A DNA stretch of 57,899 nt from an uncultured Candidatus Peribacteria bacterium (lineage in GTDB: Bacteria; Patescibacteriota; Gracilibacteria; Peribacterales; Peribacteraceae). The notes beneath the pieces are model-generated. The model made no database searches. It was not told the DNA's origin and saw only the letters and a program-made list of their open reading frames with translations. Position numbers and translations under genes: made by a program. Position 1 is the stretch's first letter, and each line of letters opens with the position of its first letter. The stretch covers positions 1 through 57,899 of the forward strand of contig CAZYAK010000003.1 of NCBI GenBank assembly GCA_964645935.1, in the 5' to 3' direction. Of the stretch, positions 1 to 9,240 are shown in pieces.

Positions 1-30
1 GCCTTGGTATCCGCATGGCCGGCTCCACCA

Positions 31-392
31 AGGGTTTCCCGTTTCTTTGTCGCCACAAAGAAACGGGGGAAAGAAAACGCCGACCGCGACAAGCCACCGG
101 CCTCCAGCGGATAGGGGTCCCTCTAGCGGGTGCAATGCTCAAGGAACAGGATCCCTGCGGCCGTAACCGCCTACCCGCCGTGTCCGGTCGAGGGGTAAGG
201 CGAAGACCCTGCTCGGAAGGGGTCAGTGGCTCCAGAAGAATGCCGTATCGATTGCACCCGCGCGCTACCCCTACAACCCAGCCGCAGGTCTTCGACCTGC
301 GGGTGACGATCAAAGCGGCCGCGACCAAACACACACATATCCCCAGTCGCACTGGTCCCGCGGTGCGGACTGGCGATCATGGCGTCCGCCCG
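31..392. repeat. ORF-less structured repeat element, copy A (hairpin 38-67; blocks shared with 27905-28145; inverted TTGATCG-hairpin module at 260-313)
   Basis: Block-wise nucleotide similarity to 27905-28145 and 36594-36703. Perfect 13-bp stem CCCGTTTCTTTGT/ACAAAGAAACGGG. No ORF with coding-like composition. Confidence 0.6.
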
Positions 393-1163
393 TCACGCCG
401 CCATCGCCTCCTGCGCGAAGACTCGCAGACCGTCCTTCTGGCGGGCCAGCTGGCGGATGCGCTCGCGGGTGACGCCGAAGTCCAGGGTCTGTTCGCGCAT
501 GACGTCATAGTCGTCGGAGACGAGCTCCAGGCTTCCGGGGACCTCCGCGTCCTGGGCCACCATCGCGGCCGTCTCGGTGAACTTGGTGGAGGTGATGATC
601 GTGGGATCCTCGGTGTCCTGGGACGCCTCGACCACCGTGGCGACGCCGTTCTTGATCTGCACGGCGGCCACGTCCTGCACGGCCTGCTGGGTGTGCTCGT
701 ATTCGTGCGCGCCCACGCCTCCGGCGGCCTTCTTGTCCACGACGGTGGTGGTGCCCACGGTCTTGGCGGCATCGAACTTCTGCGTGCCCTCCTGGTCCAG
801 GTACGCGGTGCCGAGGATGTTGCCCTCGTGCTCCTCGTGCTTGAGATCCCACTCTTTGGTGGAGTCGTGGAGATCCTTGGCGCCCTGCTCCAGGTGTTCC
901 GCGGCCTCGGCGATCACGTCGGCATCGGCATCCGCGGCGCCCAGGCGCTCTAGGTCCTTGGCGGTCTCCTCCCGGTCCTGCGGGGACGGCGGCGTGGCCC
1001 GTTCCTCCAGGAGCTCCTGGGTCTGGCCGCGCGAGGCGTCGGCGTAGGACTGGAGGCGGGTGGCGCGCTCGCGGACGGCGTTCGCCACCTCCGCGGCGCT
1101 CTTGCCGTCGGCTTCCTTGGCGACGTCCACGTAATGGTCTTGGGCGAGATGCAGGCTGTTCAT
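393..1163 (-). CDS. hypothetical acidic protein with HEYEH (HExxH-like) motif, C-terminus AMAA
   Basis: ORF 393..1217, trimmed to the ATG at MNSLHL (start uncertain; a GTG at 1217 is possible). High GC3 and a K/E/D/T-rich real-protein composition, unlike the R/G/H-rich antisense ORF. Confidence 0.6.
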   Translation of the reverse strand: MNSLHLAQDHYVDVAKEADGKSAAEVANAVRERATRLQSYADASRGQTQELLEERATPPSPQDREETAKDLERLGAADADADVIAEAAEHLEQGAKDLHDSTKEWDLKHEEHEGNILGTAYLDQEGTQKFDAAKTVGTTTVVDKKAAGGVGAHEYEHTQQAVQDVAAVQIKNGVATVVEASQDTEDPTIITSTKFTETAAMVAQDAEVPGSLELVSDDYDVMREQTLDFGVTRERIRQLARQKDGLRVFAQEAMAA

Positions 1164-1330
1164 GCCACTATTGTGGGGCTTCCTCCGGCCAAGTCGCTCC
1201 TCAGTGCGGGGGAACACGGGGAGAATCTCTTTTATGGCTTACAGAAGCCATAGTACGTATGCATGCGATCTTCGTTTCCGGACGCGGAGGGCTCGCAATC
1301 GCCGGGATTCACCGATCCCGTGAACGGCCA

Positions 1331-1361
1331 AAAAAAGCCCCGGGCTCATGGACCCGGGGCT
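1331..1361 (-). terminator. rho-independent terminator
   Basis: The minus strand reads GCCCCGGG-UCCAUGAG-CCCGGGGC followed by UUUUUUU, 20 nt after the stop at 1381. Confidence 0.8.
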
Positions 1362-1380
1362 CCTTCCCTTTCGGACGGTG

Positions 1381-1602
1381 TCAGGCCGCCATGGCCCGGC
1401 TGGCCTCGACGACGGCGGTCTCCTCTTCCTCTTCTTGTACCTTGGCGATGATGTCGCGGAGCTCCTCCTCGTAGGTGGCGGTGAGTACGCGGATCTGTTC
1501 GGTGACGTCCTCTTGCTCCTTCGCCTGCTCCCTCTGCTCAGGCATCTGGGGGGCCTCGACGGTGTCGATGGCGGGGGTGGTCTCGAGAGTGGCGTGAGCC
1601 AT
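1381..1602 (-). CDS. small acidic hypothetical protein (73 aa), C-terminus AMAA
   Basis: ORF 1381..1686 trimmed to MAHATLETT. A C-rich tract CCTTTCCCCATCCGATC lies directly upstream of the ATG, and a terminator follows. Confidence 0.55.
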   Translation of the reverse strand: MAHATLETTPAIDTVEAPQMPEQREQAKEQEDVTEQIRVLTATYEEELRDIIAKVQEEEEETAVVEASRAMAA

Positions 1603-2053
1603 GATCGGATGGGGAAAGGTGATGAGTACGCGCTTAGTATGCCCCGTCCGCAGCGTGTGCAAATGCAAGAAGCCGACAATCTGCACGTGCGAACCATCCG
1701 CGCCTGTACAAAGCCGAAGTCGGCGGGTTCACGAACCGCGGATGGAAAACGGGCTGTACGGATCGGGCTGCCGCTTTGCCACGTTTCGCCGCGGCGCGCC
1801 GCACCTCGTACTCCAGCTTGAGGATGTCGCCAGTCTTGGGCGCGCGATCCACGGGCTTCCGCGAGCCGAGCATCGCCACCCCCTCCTCATACGCGGACTC
1901 GAACTGCTTCTGCCTCTCGTCCCTGCAATTCGCGAGACGCTCGCACGCCTACTGCACGCATCGGCCCCTCCGCCAGGCATTCTTGCATGCCGCCCACAAC
2001 ACGAACCAGGCGGAGACCGGTGTTTCCGTCTGGCCGATGATCCGTTCCAACCG

Positions 2054-2530
2054 TCAGGCGGCCATCGCCGTCTGGGCCTCCTCGGGAGCGTCGGCGGGCG
2101 CCGCAGGGGCGGGGTCCGACGTGTTCGGCTCCAGCGTCTCGACGACCGGCTCGGCAGCCTCGGGCACAGTATCCGTCACGACGACGGGCTCCTCGCGGGG
2201 AGCGGCCTCGGGCTCCGGGAACTTGTCGTCCTCGTGGACGCGGATCTCGCCGGCCTCGTTGACCTCCACGCCAGCCAGGCCTCGGTGCGGGGTAAGGTCG
2301 GTGACGGGCGTCTCCGCCGCGGATACGGCCACGCCGCCGCTTTTGGCCTGCATCGCGGTGCTGCGGTTCAGCGCGCGCTTGATCTCCGTGCCCTGCTTCG
2401 CGCGCAGCAGGGTGACGTCCAGTTCCGCCTTGAGCGTGACGGCGAGGCTCTCGGCCTCGTGGTCCTTGAGCGTGCGCTCGTCGCGCTCGCGCAGGGCCGG
2501 GAGAAGTTCGCTTCGATCCAGCTTCCGCAT
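2054..2530 (-). CDS. hypothetical acidic protein (158 aa), C-terminus AMAA
   Basis: ORF with high GC3. The ATG is preceded by CCTTACCCCCCTTCCCCC. Confidence 0.6.
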   Translation of the reverse strand: MRKLDRSELLPALRERDERTLKDHEAESLAVTLKAELDVTLLRAKQGTEIKRALNRSTAMQAKSGGVAVSAAETPVTDLTPHRGLAGVEVNEAGEIRVHEDDKFPEPEAAPREEPVVVTDTVPEAAEPVVETLEPNTSDPAPAAPADAPEEAQTAMAA

Positions 2531-2697
2531 GGGGGAAGGGGGGTAAGGAATGAAAGCGCCCCAAGTATCGTCCGTATCCCCTCAGGCGGTACCGAAGCGC
2601 CGTCCGAAGTCCGGGCACGTGCCCGATGCGACCGCCGTACGGGAAGCACACGATGCACCCAATCCTCATCTTCCGTGCTCGCGGTCAAGGTGTGGGA

Positions 2698-3192
2698 TCA
2701 GCGCAGCCGCTCGTAGTCCTCAAACGTGAACGCATGCGCGTGCCGGTCGTCGGCGTCGTGGCGCTCGCCAAGGACGCGCTTCCACTCCCCTCCCGGGAGC
2801 GGGGGGAACACCGTGTCGCCCTGGAAGTGTGCATGCACGCGGGTGAGGCGCACGCGGTCGGCCAATGGCAGCGCGGCGCGGTAGATCTCGCCGCCACCGA
2901 AGACGATGGCCTCCTCCGCCCCTCCCGCTTTCGCCATGGCAATGGCGCTCTCCAGCGACGAGGCGTGCTCGGCGCCGGGCAGCACTCGCTCCGCATCGCG
3001 CGTGATGACGATGTTGCGCCGCCCCGGCAACACGCGCCCGATGGACTGGTGGGTTTTCCGGCCCATCAGGAGCGGCTTGCCCATGGTGATGGCCTTCATA
3101 CGGGCGAAATCGTCCGGGAGGGACCACAGCAACGTATTTCCGCCCCCTATGACGTTTCCTTCATCCGCGGCGACGACGAGGGTGAGAATCAC
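2698..3192 (-). CDS. folA: dihydrofolate reductase
   Basis: VILTLVVAADEGNVIGGGNTLLWSLPDDFARMKAITMGKPLLMGRKTHQSIGRVLPGRRNIVITRD aligns with the DHFR N-terminus. GTG start chosen by homology; the ORF extends to 3333. Confidence 0.9.
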   Translation of the reverse strand: MILTLVVAADEGNVIGGGNTLLWSLPDDFARMKAITMGKPLLMGRKTHQSIGRVLPGRRNIVITRDAERVLPGAEHASSLESAIAMAKAGGAEEAIVFGGGEIYRAALPLADRVRLTRVHAHFQGDTVFPPLPGGEWKRVLGERHDADDRHAHAFTFEDYERLR

Positions 3193-3329
3193 GCCGCAAT
3201 CATACGCAAAAAACCCGCCGAAGGCAGGCGAGCCTGTCCTGAGCCTGTCGAGGGGCCTGCCTGGAGGCGCCCCTTGCCGGAAGGAGGGCCCACGGGAGGA
3301 AACCGGAGGGTTCCTTCCGTGCCGGAAGG

Positions 3330-4904
3330 TCATGGTTGGACGACGTAGCGGACCGTCTTCACCGACGGGAATTGCTTGAGGTTGGCGGAGATCGCGCGCT
3401 GCGCGGAGGTGGAGCTCTCGGTGTCACCCTGGAAGATCTCGGCCAGCGGGCGGGCCAGCCGCACCGTGGCCGTGCCGCCCTGGATGACGACGCCGCGGTA
3501 ATCGTCTCCCGAGAAGCCCCACACGCCGTTGCAGGGCTGGGCCTTCTCGTCGGCGGAGATGGAGGCGTGGAGCATCGCGCGGAGCGTCATGTCCGCCACG
3601 GAGGAGGACTGGGGCACGGTGCGCGTGAGCTTCACGGTGGGCGCCGGGACGTCATGCACGCCCGAGCCGTAGGGGCAGAGCAGGATGCTCACCTCCATGG
3701 TGGGAGCCTCCTGCGCGGCGGGCGCGGGCGCGATGTCCACGGTGTCCAGGAACGCGCGGAAGAGCTGGTCCTGCCCGTCGGAGGAGAGGTATCCGTCCTG
3801 TTGTTGATTGCAGTCCACCGACCGTACGATCACGAGCGTGCGCGTCGCGTCCATGGGGACGAAGGTCGTCTCCCAGCCCTCGCACTCGAGGCCCTCGAAG
3901 TACGAGACGCCTTGGCGCCCGTCCACGGTGACATTCTGGGCGAAGTCCTCGTCGAAGGAGTTGAAGCCGAGCCGCGCGTACACGAGCGGCCGGTCCAGGA
4001 CGCCCACGGAGATCGCCAGCTTGCTCACGGAGGGGCGGCACGGGGCGTCTGGGCCCGCCATACCGTTGCAGCCCTCTGCGGTCTCGTGGCGGCGCACGTG
4101 CGCGACATCCAGGGAGTGCATGCGCTGCAGGTCGCCGGGTACGTAGATGTCACGCACCGTCAGCACGCCTTCCTTGGCGCTGAAGAGCGATCCGGGGTAG
4201 CTGAAGGAGACGTCACGCAGCACGGACGACACCTCGTCGCTGCGCACGTCGTCACCGTCCTCGATGCCGGAGAACCATTCCAGCGACGTGCGGCCGGTAT
4301 CCAAGCGATAGCGCAGCTCCGCCATCTCGCCGCGCGTGAACGGGGCGTCGTAGGCCTCCACGGTGGGCGGCACGGCGTGGCGCGCCAGGAGGGCGGAGGC
4401 GTAGGGCGCGTACCAGCGGTGGTCGTACGCGTCCGCGGGGAGGATGGGCAGCTTGTAGGCGGTGGCGGCGATCTTGGCGGCCTCGGCGTAGTTGATCCAC
4501 GCGTGCGGCGCGAAGCCGCCGTCGGGGTATCCCGAGACGATGCCACGCTCCTTGGCCACGCACACGTACGGCGCGAACCACTCGGTCCTGGGGACGTCGG
4601 GGAAGATGATCTGGGATTTAGCCACGCAGGCCGAGCGCTCCTCGGGGGTGGAAGCGTCCACCACCAGGAGCTTGGTCAGCTCCGCGCGGGTGATGAGGCC
4701 GTCCGGACGGAACGTGCCGTCGGGGTAGCCCTCCACGCTCCCCTTCCCGCGCAGGAACTCGATGGCGGGCGCGGCGGACACGCATCCGCGGACGTCGGAG
4801 AAACCCGTGGCCGCGGCGTTGCAGCCGGTGGTGGCCAGCGCGACGGGAACGGCCAAGAGGGACGTCGACGCGACGGCGGCGGACAGTAGGAGGGAGAGGC
4901 GCAT
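3330..4904 (-). CDS. secreted SLH-domain protein with C-terminal GerMN-like domain
   Basis: Signal peptide MRLSLLLSAAVASTSLLAVPVALA. Two SLH-type repeats (GYPDGTFRPDGLITRAEL, SGYPDGGFAPHAWINYAEAAK). The C-terminal ...GGTATVRLARPL...ANLKQFPSVKTVRYVV looks GerMN-like. Confidence 0.7.
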   Translation of the reverse strand: MRLSLLLSAAVASTSLLAVPVALATTGCNAAATGFSDVRGCVSAAPAIEFLRGKGSVEGYPDGTFRPDGLITRAELTKLLVVDASTPEERSACVAKSQIIFPDVPRTEWFAPYVCVAKERGIVSGYPDGGFAPHAWINYAEAAKIAATAYKLPILPADAYDHRWYAPYASALLARHAVPPTVEAYDAPFTRGEMAELRYRLDTGRTSLEWFSGIEDGDDVRSDEVSSVLRDVSFSYPGSLFSAKEGVLTVRDIYVPGDLQRMHSLDVAHVRRHETAEGCNGMAGPDAPCRPSVSKLAISVGVLDRPLVYARLGFNSFDEDFAQNVTVDGRQGVSYFEGLECEGWETTFVPMDATRTLVIVRSVDCNQQQDGYLSSDGQDQLFRAFLDTVDIAPAPAAQEAPTMEVSILLCPYGSGVHDVPAPTVKLTRTVPQSSSVADMTLRAMLHASISADEKAQPCNGVWGFSGDDYRGVVIQGGTATVRLARPLAEIFQGDTESSTSAQRAISANLKQFPSVKTVRYVVQP

Positions 4905-4992
4905 GGCTGGAGCATAATCCAGAAGCACCAACCTCCAAGCATCAAATTCCAAACCGTTTGGTACTTGGAGGTTGGAAGCTGGTGCTTCGCCG

Positions 4993-5853
4993 TCACACGG
5001 CGATGGGCGCCTTGATGGAGGGCAGCGGGTCGTACCCGACCACCTCGATATCCTCGAAGCGGAACGCGAGGAGGTCCTTCACATCCGGATTGAGCTTGAG
5101 GGTGGGCAGCGGACGCGGCTCGCGCGTCAGCTGCTCCTTGGCCTGGTCCAGGTGGTTGAGGTACAGGTGCGCGTCGCCCATGGTGTGCACGAAGTCGCCG
5201 ACCGCGAGGCCGCACACCTGCGCGATCATGTGCGTGAGCAGCGCGTAGGACGCGATGTTGAAGGGCACGCCCAGGAAGATGTCCGCGGAGCGCTGGTACA
5301 GCTGGCAGCTCAGCTCGGGCTTTCCTGCCCGAGCCCCATCAGACACGTAGAACTGGAAGAGCGTGTGGCACGGAGGCAGCGCCACTTCGTCGGCTTCCGC
5401 GGGGTTCCAGCCCGTCACGATGTGGCGACGGCTGTCGGGGTTCTTCTTGATCCCGTCTACGAGCTTGAGGATCTGGTCGACGCCGTCTTTCTTGAAGGTG
5501 CTGTCCGCGTTGCGCGTCGCGCCGAAGTTGCGCCACTGGTGGCCGTACACGGGCCCTAAGTCCCCCGCCTCGCGGCCGAAGCGCGCGGTCTGCTCCGCAG
5601 TGGCCCACTCGTCCCAGATGGTGACGCCCTGGGCCTGCAGCGTCTTTACATTCGTGTCGCCGGAGAGGAACCAGAGCAGTTCCTTGAAGATGGACCGCGT
5701 CGCGAGCTTTTTGGTGGTGAGCAGCGGGAAGCCTTGGCGCAGGTCGTAGCGCGCCTGGTACCCAAAGACGGACCGCGTCCCCGTGCCCGTGCGGTCGGAC
5801 TTCTCGGTGCCGTGCTCTAGGACATGGCGGAGGAGATCGAGGTACTGCTTCAT
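4993..5853 (-). CDS. thyA: thymidylate synthase (ThyA type)
   Basis: [38 protein letters not shown] is the canonical ThyA N-terminus. Full length, 286 aa. Confidence 0.97.
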   Translation of the reverse strand: MKQYLDLLRHVLEHGTEKSDRTGTGTRSVFGYQARYDLRQGFPLLTTKKLATRSIFKELLWFLSGDTNVKTLQAQGVTIWDEWATAEQTARFGREAGDLGPVYGHQWRNFGATRNADSTFKKDGVDQILKLVDGIKKNPDSRRHIVTGWNPAEADEVALPPCHTLFQFYVSDGARAGKPELSCQLYQRSADIFLGVPFNIASYALLTHMIAQVCGLAVGDFVHTMGDAHLYLNHLDQAKEQLTREPRPLPTLKLNPDVKDLLAFRFEDIEVVGYDPLPSIKAPIAV

Positions 5854-5973
5854 GGCCCGCGCACACTACCACAAGAATGCGGCGCCGGAACGGCGGCGGG
5901 AATCGCGGCAACAAGACGGCTCCCCCGGTCAGAGACCGGGGGAGGAGCCGCTCAGGGGAGGACGGGGGGGCGG

Positions 5974-6117
5974 CTAGTAGCCGCCCGGAACTGGGTGCTT
6001 GCCCCAGTGGGCGGGTGTTTTCCACCCGCAAACCATGGTGACGTATCCATACCCACCGACGACCACGACGGTCACGATGAACGCGATACGGACGACGTTC
6101 CAGACTTTTCTTAACAT
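5974..6117 (-). CDS. possible small membrane protein (47 aa)
   Basis: Hand-translated as MLRKVWNVVRIAFIVTVVVVGGYGYVTMVCGWKTPAHWGKHPVPGGY. One clear TM helix. GGGAGA lies 7 nt upstream of the ATG. Below the ORF-track size cutoff. Confidence 0.4.
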   Translation of the reverse strand: MLRKVWNVVRIAFIVTVVVVGGYGYVTMVCGWKTPAHWGKHPVPGGY

Positions 6118-6130
6118 GGCATTGTCTCCC

Positions 6131-6165
6131 GAATGAGCGGCTGTACCTGTGGCAGCCGCTCATTC
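6131..6165 (-). other. 13-bp perfect hairpin (GAATGAGCGGCTG / CAGCCGCTCATTC), a 5'-UTR structure or a U-less terminator
   Basis: Inverted repeat seen directly. It lies between a candidate promoter (6201-6209) and the small ORF start at 6117, and downstream of the gene ending at 6361. Confidence 0.5.
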
Positions 6166-6200
6166 GTTACGAGTGAGGACTGTGATCACAGGTAGTGAAT

Positions 6201-6209
6201 ATTATATCA
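6201..6209 (-). promoter_or_regulatory. candidate extended -10 (TGATATAAT on the minus strand)
   Basis: An AT-rich island in GC-rich DNA. TGnTATAAT reads on the minus strand. No good -35. Confidence 0.35.
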
Positions 6210-6360
6210 TGCTTGTTCAATAAGTACATTGTCCTCCTTCCGCGCGCACCATCAAAAGAGGCCTGGCGACGGGTGTCGCCAGGCCTCCTGCCAGGAGTAG
6301 ATGGTCTAGAGGGTTCCTCCCGCTTTGCGTGGCAGGAGGGGTTGTTACGTCATAACACGA

Positions 6361-7518
6361 TCAGTAGGGCTGCAGATTCTTCTCCTGCCCCAGCAGGACG
6401 CGCACGAGCTTGTCGCTGTACGCGTCCCAGAGGTAGACGCCCACGCGGTTCTTTCCCGCGTGGGTGTCGGCGTTGTAGCCGACGATGGTCACGATCTGCT
6501 GACTGTCGGGCGTGAAGGCCGCCGCCTCCACGTACGTGCTCCACCCGTGGTGGATGGCGTGGTAGACGGTCTTGCCACGCTGGGGCTTGAACAGACTGCA
6601 AACTTGCAGCTCACTGATCTTGTAGCCGCAGCAGAGCTTCCCGTCCGGGGAGACGGCCAGCCCGCGGTGCCGCCAGAAGCCGGTGCCCAGGTCCGTGAGC
6701 CTGCCACCCGGGGTGACGGCATGCTGGTCATCCGCCAGCACGAACGCGCCAGTGGCGAGATCCAGCAGGCCACGGCCCTTCTTCATGACGTGGGCTTCGG
6801 CCTTGCCGTTAGCCACGTAGTGGAGCCGGTAGACGTTCCGCAGCGACGTCGCCTTGGCGTCGCCCTCGACCATCGAGAGGATCCGGCAGCCGTCCGGCTG
6901 CACGGCGAAGAGCTTCGTGCCTTCGCTGGTGCCGACGGCGAGCTGCGTGCCATCCTGGCTGACGCTGACGGAGTTCAGGGCCATCCCGTAGAGGCTCTCC
7001 TGGATCCAGCCTCCGAGCTGGATCACGCACGGCCGCTTCTCGCGGACGATATGGATCTCCAGCGACTCCTTGCGCCTCTTCGTGATCCGCTTCTCGTTGG
7101 GATTCACGAACGACGGGTACGTCGTCTCTAGCACCTCGTGCCCGATGCGGTACGCGACAACGGGTTCCCCCGCGGGGGTAAAGGCGACGGCCACGACGGT
7201 GTGGCCCTTGCCGATCACCTGGGTGGCCCCCGTCTTGACGTTGATCAGCAGCGCGCCGTCGCTGCCGCCGACCAGCACCTGCGTGCCGTGCGGGTGCATG
7301 GCGAGACAGCTGAGCGCCTTGGGCTGCTTCCCGTCGAACTTCTGGACGACAAACGGCTTGGAGATGGGCGGGAGCGCCGGCTGGTACCGCGCCTGGGCCA
7401 CCGCGTCGATGACGAGCGACGTCTGGGGCTTGGCGACGACGTGGGGGGCGGCGGCGTGGGCCGCGCCGACGAGGGTGAGGACGGCCATCGCGAGGATGGC
7501 GGAGCTGTACTTCTTCAT
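6361..7518 (-). CDS. secreted beta-propeller-like (WD40-like) repeat protein
   Basis: Start at MKKYSSAILAMAVLTLVGAAHA (signal peptide). Repeated ...GGSDGALLINVKTG..., ...VAVAFTPAGEPVVAY... strand-like units. Confidence 0.6.
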   Translation of the reverse strand: MKKYSSAILAMAVLTLVGAAHAAAPHVVAKPQTSLVIDAVAQARYQPALPPISKPFVVQKFDGKQPKALSCLAMHPHGTQVLVGGSDGALLINVKTGATQVIGKGHTVVAVAFTPAGEPVVAYRIGHEVLETTYPSFVNPNEKRITKRRKESLEIHIVREKRPCVIQLGGWIQESLYGMALNSVSVSQDGTQLAVGTSEGTKLFAVQPDGCRILSMVEGDAKATSLRNVYRLHYVANGKAEAHVMKKGRGLLDLATGAFVLADDQHAVTPGGRLTDLGTGFWRHRGLAVSPDGKLCCGYKISELQVCSLFKPQRGKTVYHAIHHGWSTYVEAAAFTPDSQQIVTIVGYNADTHAGKNRVGVYLWDAYSDKLVRVLLGQEKNLQPY

Positions 7519-7668
7519 GGACTTGTTCTCTGCGGTACCCGGGCCACCTTGCGGCGGCGTCAGGTACCGGTCTGTGATGCGAATGACCATCACCCCTGGC
7601 AGGGTGGGAACGGGCAGATGCCCGCTCCGGCTTCCCCGGTTCCACACGGAACCTGATGGGAAGAGAGC

Positions 7669-7696
7669 ATTTTGCTGATTTATTGCAAAATGTCAA
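7669..7696 (-). promoter_or_regulatory. candidate sigma-70 promoter (TTGACA-16 nt-CAAAAT) for the 7518 gene
   Basis: The minus strand has TTGACA at 7696..7691 and CAAAAT at 7674..7669, within an AT-rich intergenic region. Confidence 0.4.
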
Positions 7697-7862
7697 CTAC
7701 AGAGCACCATTTGGGATGGTAGGTAAATTTTGGCGTCAAAAAGCCAAAATACTCTTGGTTTTACGAAACGCTCAGGGAGATCCACGATGTATGTTCGTGG
7801 ATTTCACGTCTTCCGTGAATCCGCGATCCGGCGTCTCTGACTGCCCGTTTCCAATGGGCCTC

Positions 7863-9047
7863 TCAGCGCCCCGCGCACTCCTCGGGCCACGGGGGGAGAT
7901 CCTTCATCGCGCCGTATGCGGGGGTGTAGTCATTGCGGGCGTTCCAGACCGTGTACCCGCAGAGACCCGCATCCTGCACGGCGGCCATCTGGTCCCGCAG
8001 GTCCCGGGCCGAGACGTAGTACCCCTGGATCCACGGCCGAAGCTTCCGCCAGTGCTCCTCGCCGAGCAGCTGCTTGTAGCCGTCGAGCGTGCGCCACACC
8101 AGATAGTACGAGCGGCTTCCCGGGTTCTTGCCCGGCACGTAGTACGCACCCGCGGCGAAGGTCGACGGGTAGGCCATGGGGGAGATGACATCGACGTACG
8201 GGGCGAAGCGCACGAAATCCTGCCCGATCGCCTCCAGGTTGATGGGGTAGTTCCACCCCAGGATGGCGTACGTGCTGATGCCAAAGACCGTGCCGGGGCT
8301 CACCTCGTCGATGGTCTCGCGCACCATGCGGATGAAGGGCTCGATGCGGTCCGCCTTCTCCTTGCCGCTCAGTCCGATGGACGCCTGCGCGTATTCCGTG
8401 GGGTAGCGGATGTAATCGAGGTTCACCTCGTCGATCCCCGTCAGGAGGAGGTCTCTCAACACTTGCTGGTTGTACTCCAGCGTCACGGGCATGGAGCCGT
8501 CCACCCAGACGGTTCCGATGCTGCGGCCCGTGGAGGGATGGCGAATGTGCGCGTCGGGGCGGCGCGCGGAGAAGAGCGGATCCTTGAGCGAGATGAACCG
8601 GCCGATCACGTAGATGCCGCGCGCATGGGCCTTGGAGACGACGTCCGCGAGATCGAGGACCGGACGGACGAGGCCCAGCTCGTGAGCGATGGCCGCGGTC
8701 GTGGGGAAGTACACGTTGGACCCCTTCACGTCGACCACGAACGCGTTGCCTCCCAACGCTTCCAGGCGATCAAAGGTGGCATCGAGGAACTCGGGGTTGG
8801 CCGCGGTCGTCGCTCCCAGGTAGACGCCGCGGGCCCGGAGCGCGCTCGCGGACGGACGTCCGCCGAGCATGCCGAAGAAGTACCCGGAACCCGTGTTGGT
8901 GCGACCGCGGTTCGCCTCGCGGCGTTCCAGCCGCCGCTGCATCCGATCCTGGGCGCTTGCCATGGCCACCAGCGTGGGCCGAGGAGCGGTCGCGAGCGGT
9001 TCACGAACAAGCTCCAAAAGTACGGCGACGGCGAGAAGACTGCTCAC
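7863..9047 (-). CDS. putative glycoside-hydrolase-like TIM-barrel protein (GHL/DUF4015-type)
   Basis: GGNAFVVDVKG..., ARGIYVIGRFISLKDP, GIDEVNLDYIRYP match motifs recalled from hypothetical glycosyl-hydrolase-like families. GTG start. Confidence 0.5.
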   Translation of the reverse strand: MSSLLAVAVLLELVREPLATAPRPTLVAMASAQDRMQRRLERREANRGRTNTGSGYFFGMLGGRPSASALRARGVYLGATTAANPEFLDATFDRLEALGGNAFVVDVKGSNVYFPTTAAIAHELGLVRPVLDLADVVSKAHARGIYVIGRFISLKDPLFSARRPDAHIRHPSTGRSIGTVWVDGSMPVTLEYNQQVLRDLLLTGIDEVNLDYIRYPTEYAQASIGLSGKEKADRIEPFIRMVRETIDEVSPGTVFGISTYAILGWNYPINLEAIGQDFVRFAPYVDVISPMAYPSTFAAGAYYVPGKNPGSRSYYLVWRTLDGYKQLLGEEHWRKLRPWIQGYYVSARDLRDQMAAVQDAGLCGYTVWNARNDYTPAYGAMKDLPPWPEECAGR

Positions 9048-9240
9048 GGAAATTGATTCTACTCCTCATATGCCGCATCCCACAAAACCTGCTCTGCTCC
9101 TCCGGGTCCCGACCCGCAGCTCGGGTATCGCGGAGGGCGGTTCACCGTCGAGAGCCGGCGTACCTCCACGCCATCTCGTCCTTCGACACGCTCAGGATTC
9201 CAAGGTCATGGCCTGCGAAGAACTCCTCACCGATACGCGC

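Noticed and set aside
1-30. ...GGCCGGCTCCACCA read as the 3' end (CCA) of a tRNA/tmRNA serving as an integration target for repeat copy A
   Set aside because: The preceding 20 nt cannot form a T-arm (CTTGG/ATGGC do not pair and there is no GTTCRANYC loop). The window starts here, so nothing upstream can be checked.
186-235. GCCACTG on the reverse strand of the GGTCAGTGGC block as a cobalamin-riboswitch B12 box
   Set aside because: No GGGAA, GGUG..AAUCC or other cobalamin core elements surround it, and no B12-related gene is downstream.
3336-4889. Long shadow ORFs: 3336..4889+, 7656..9056+, 11301..12908+, 11848..13074-, 23305..24660+, 20941..22047-, 37642..38988-, 39734..40948+ and others
   Set aside because: All overlap better-supported genes on the other strand or in another frame. 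They are Arg/Gly/His/Pro-rich with no motifs and lack the GC3 bias of the accepted frames. They are artefacts of the high GC content.
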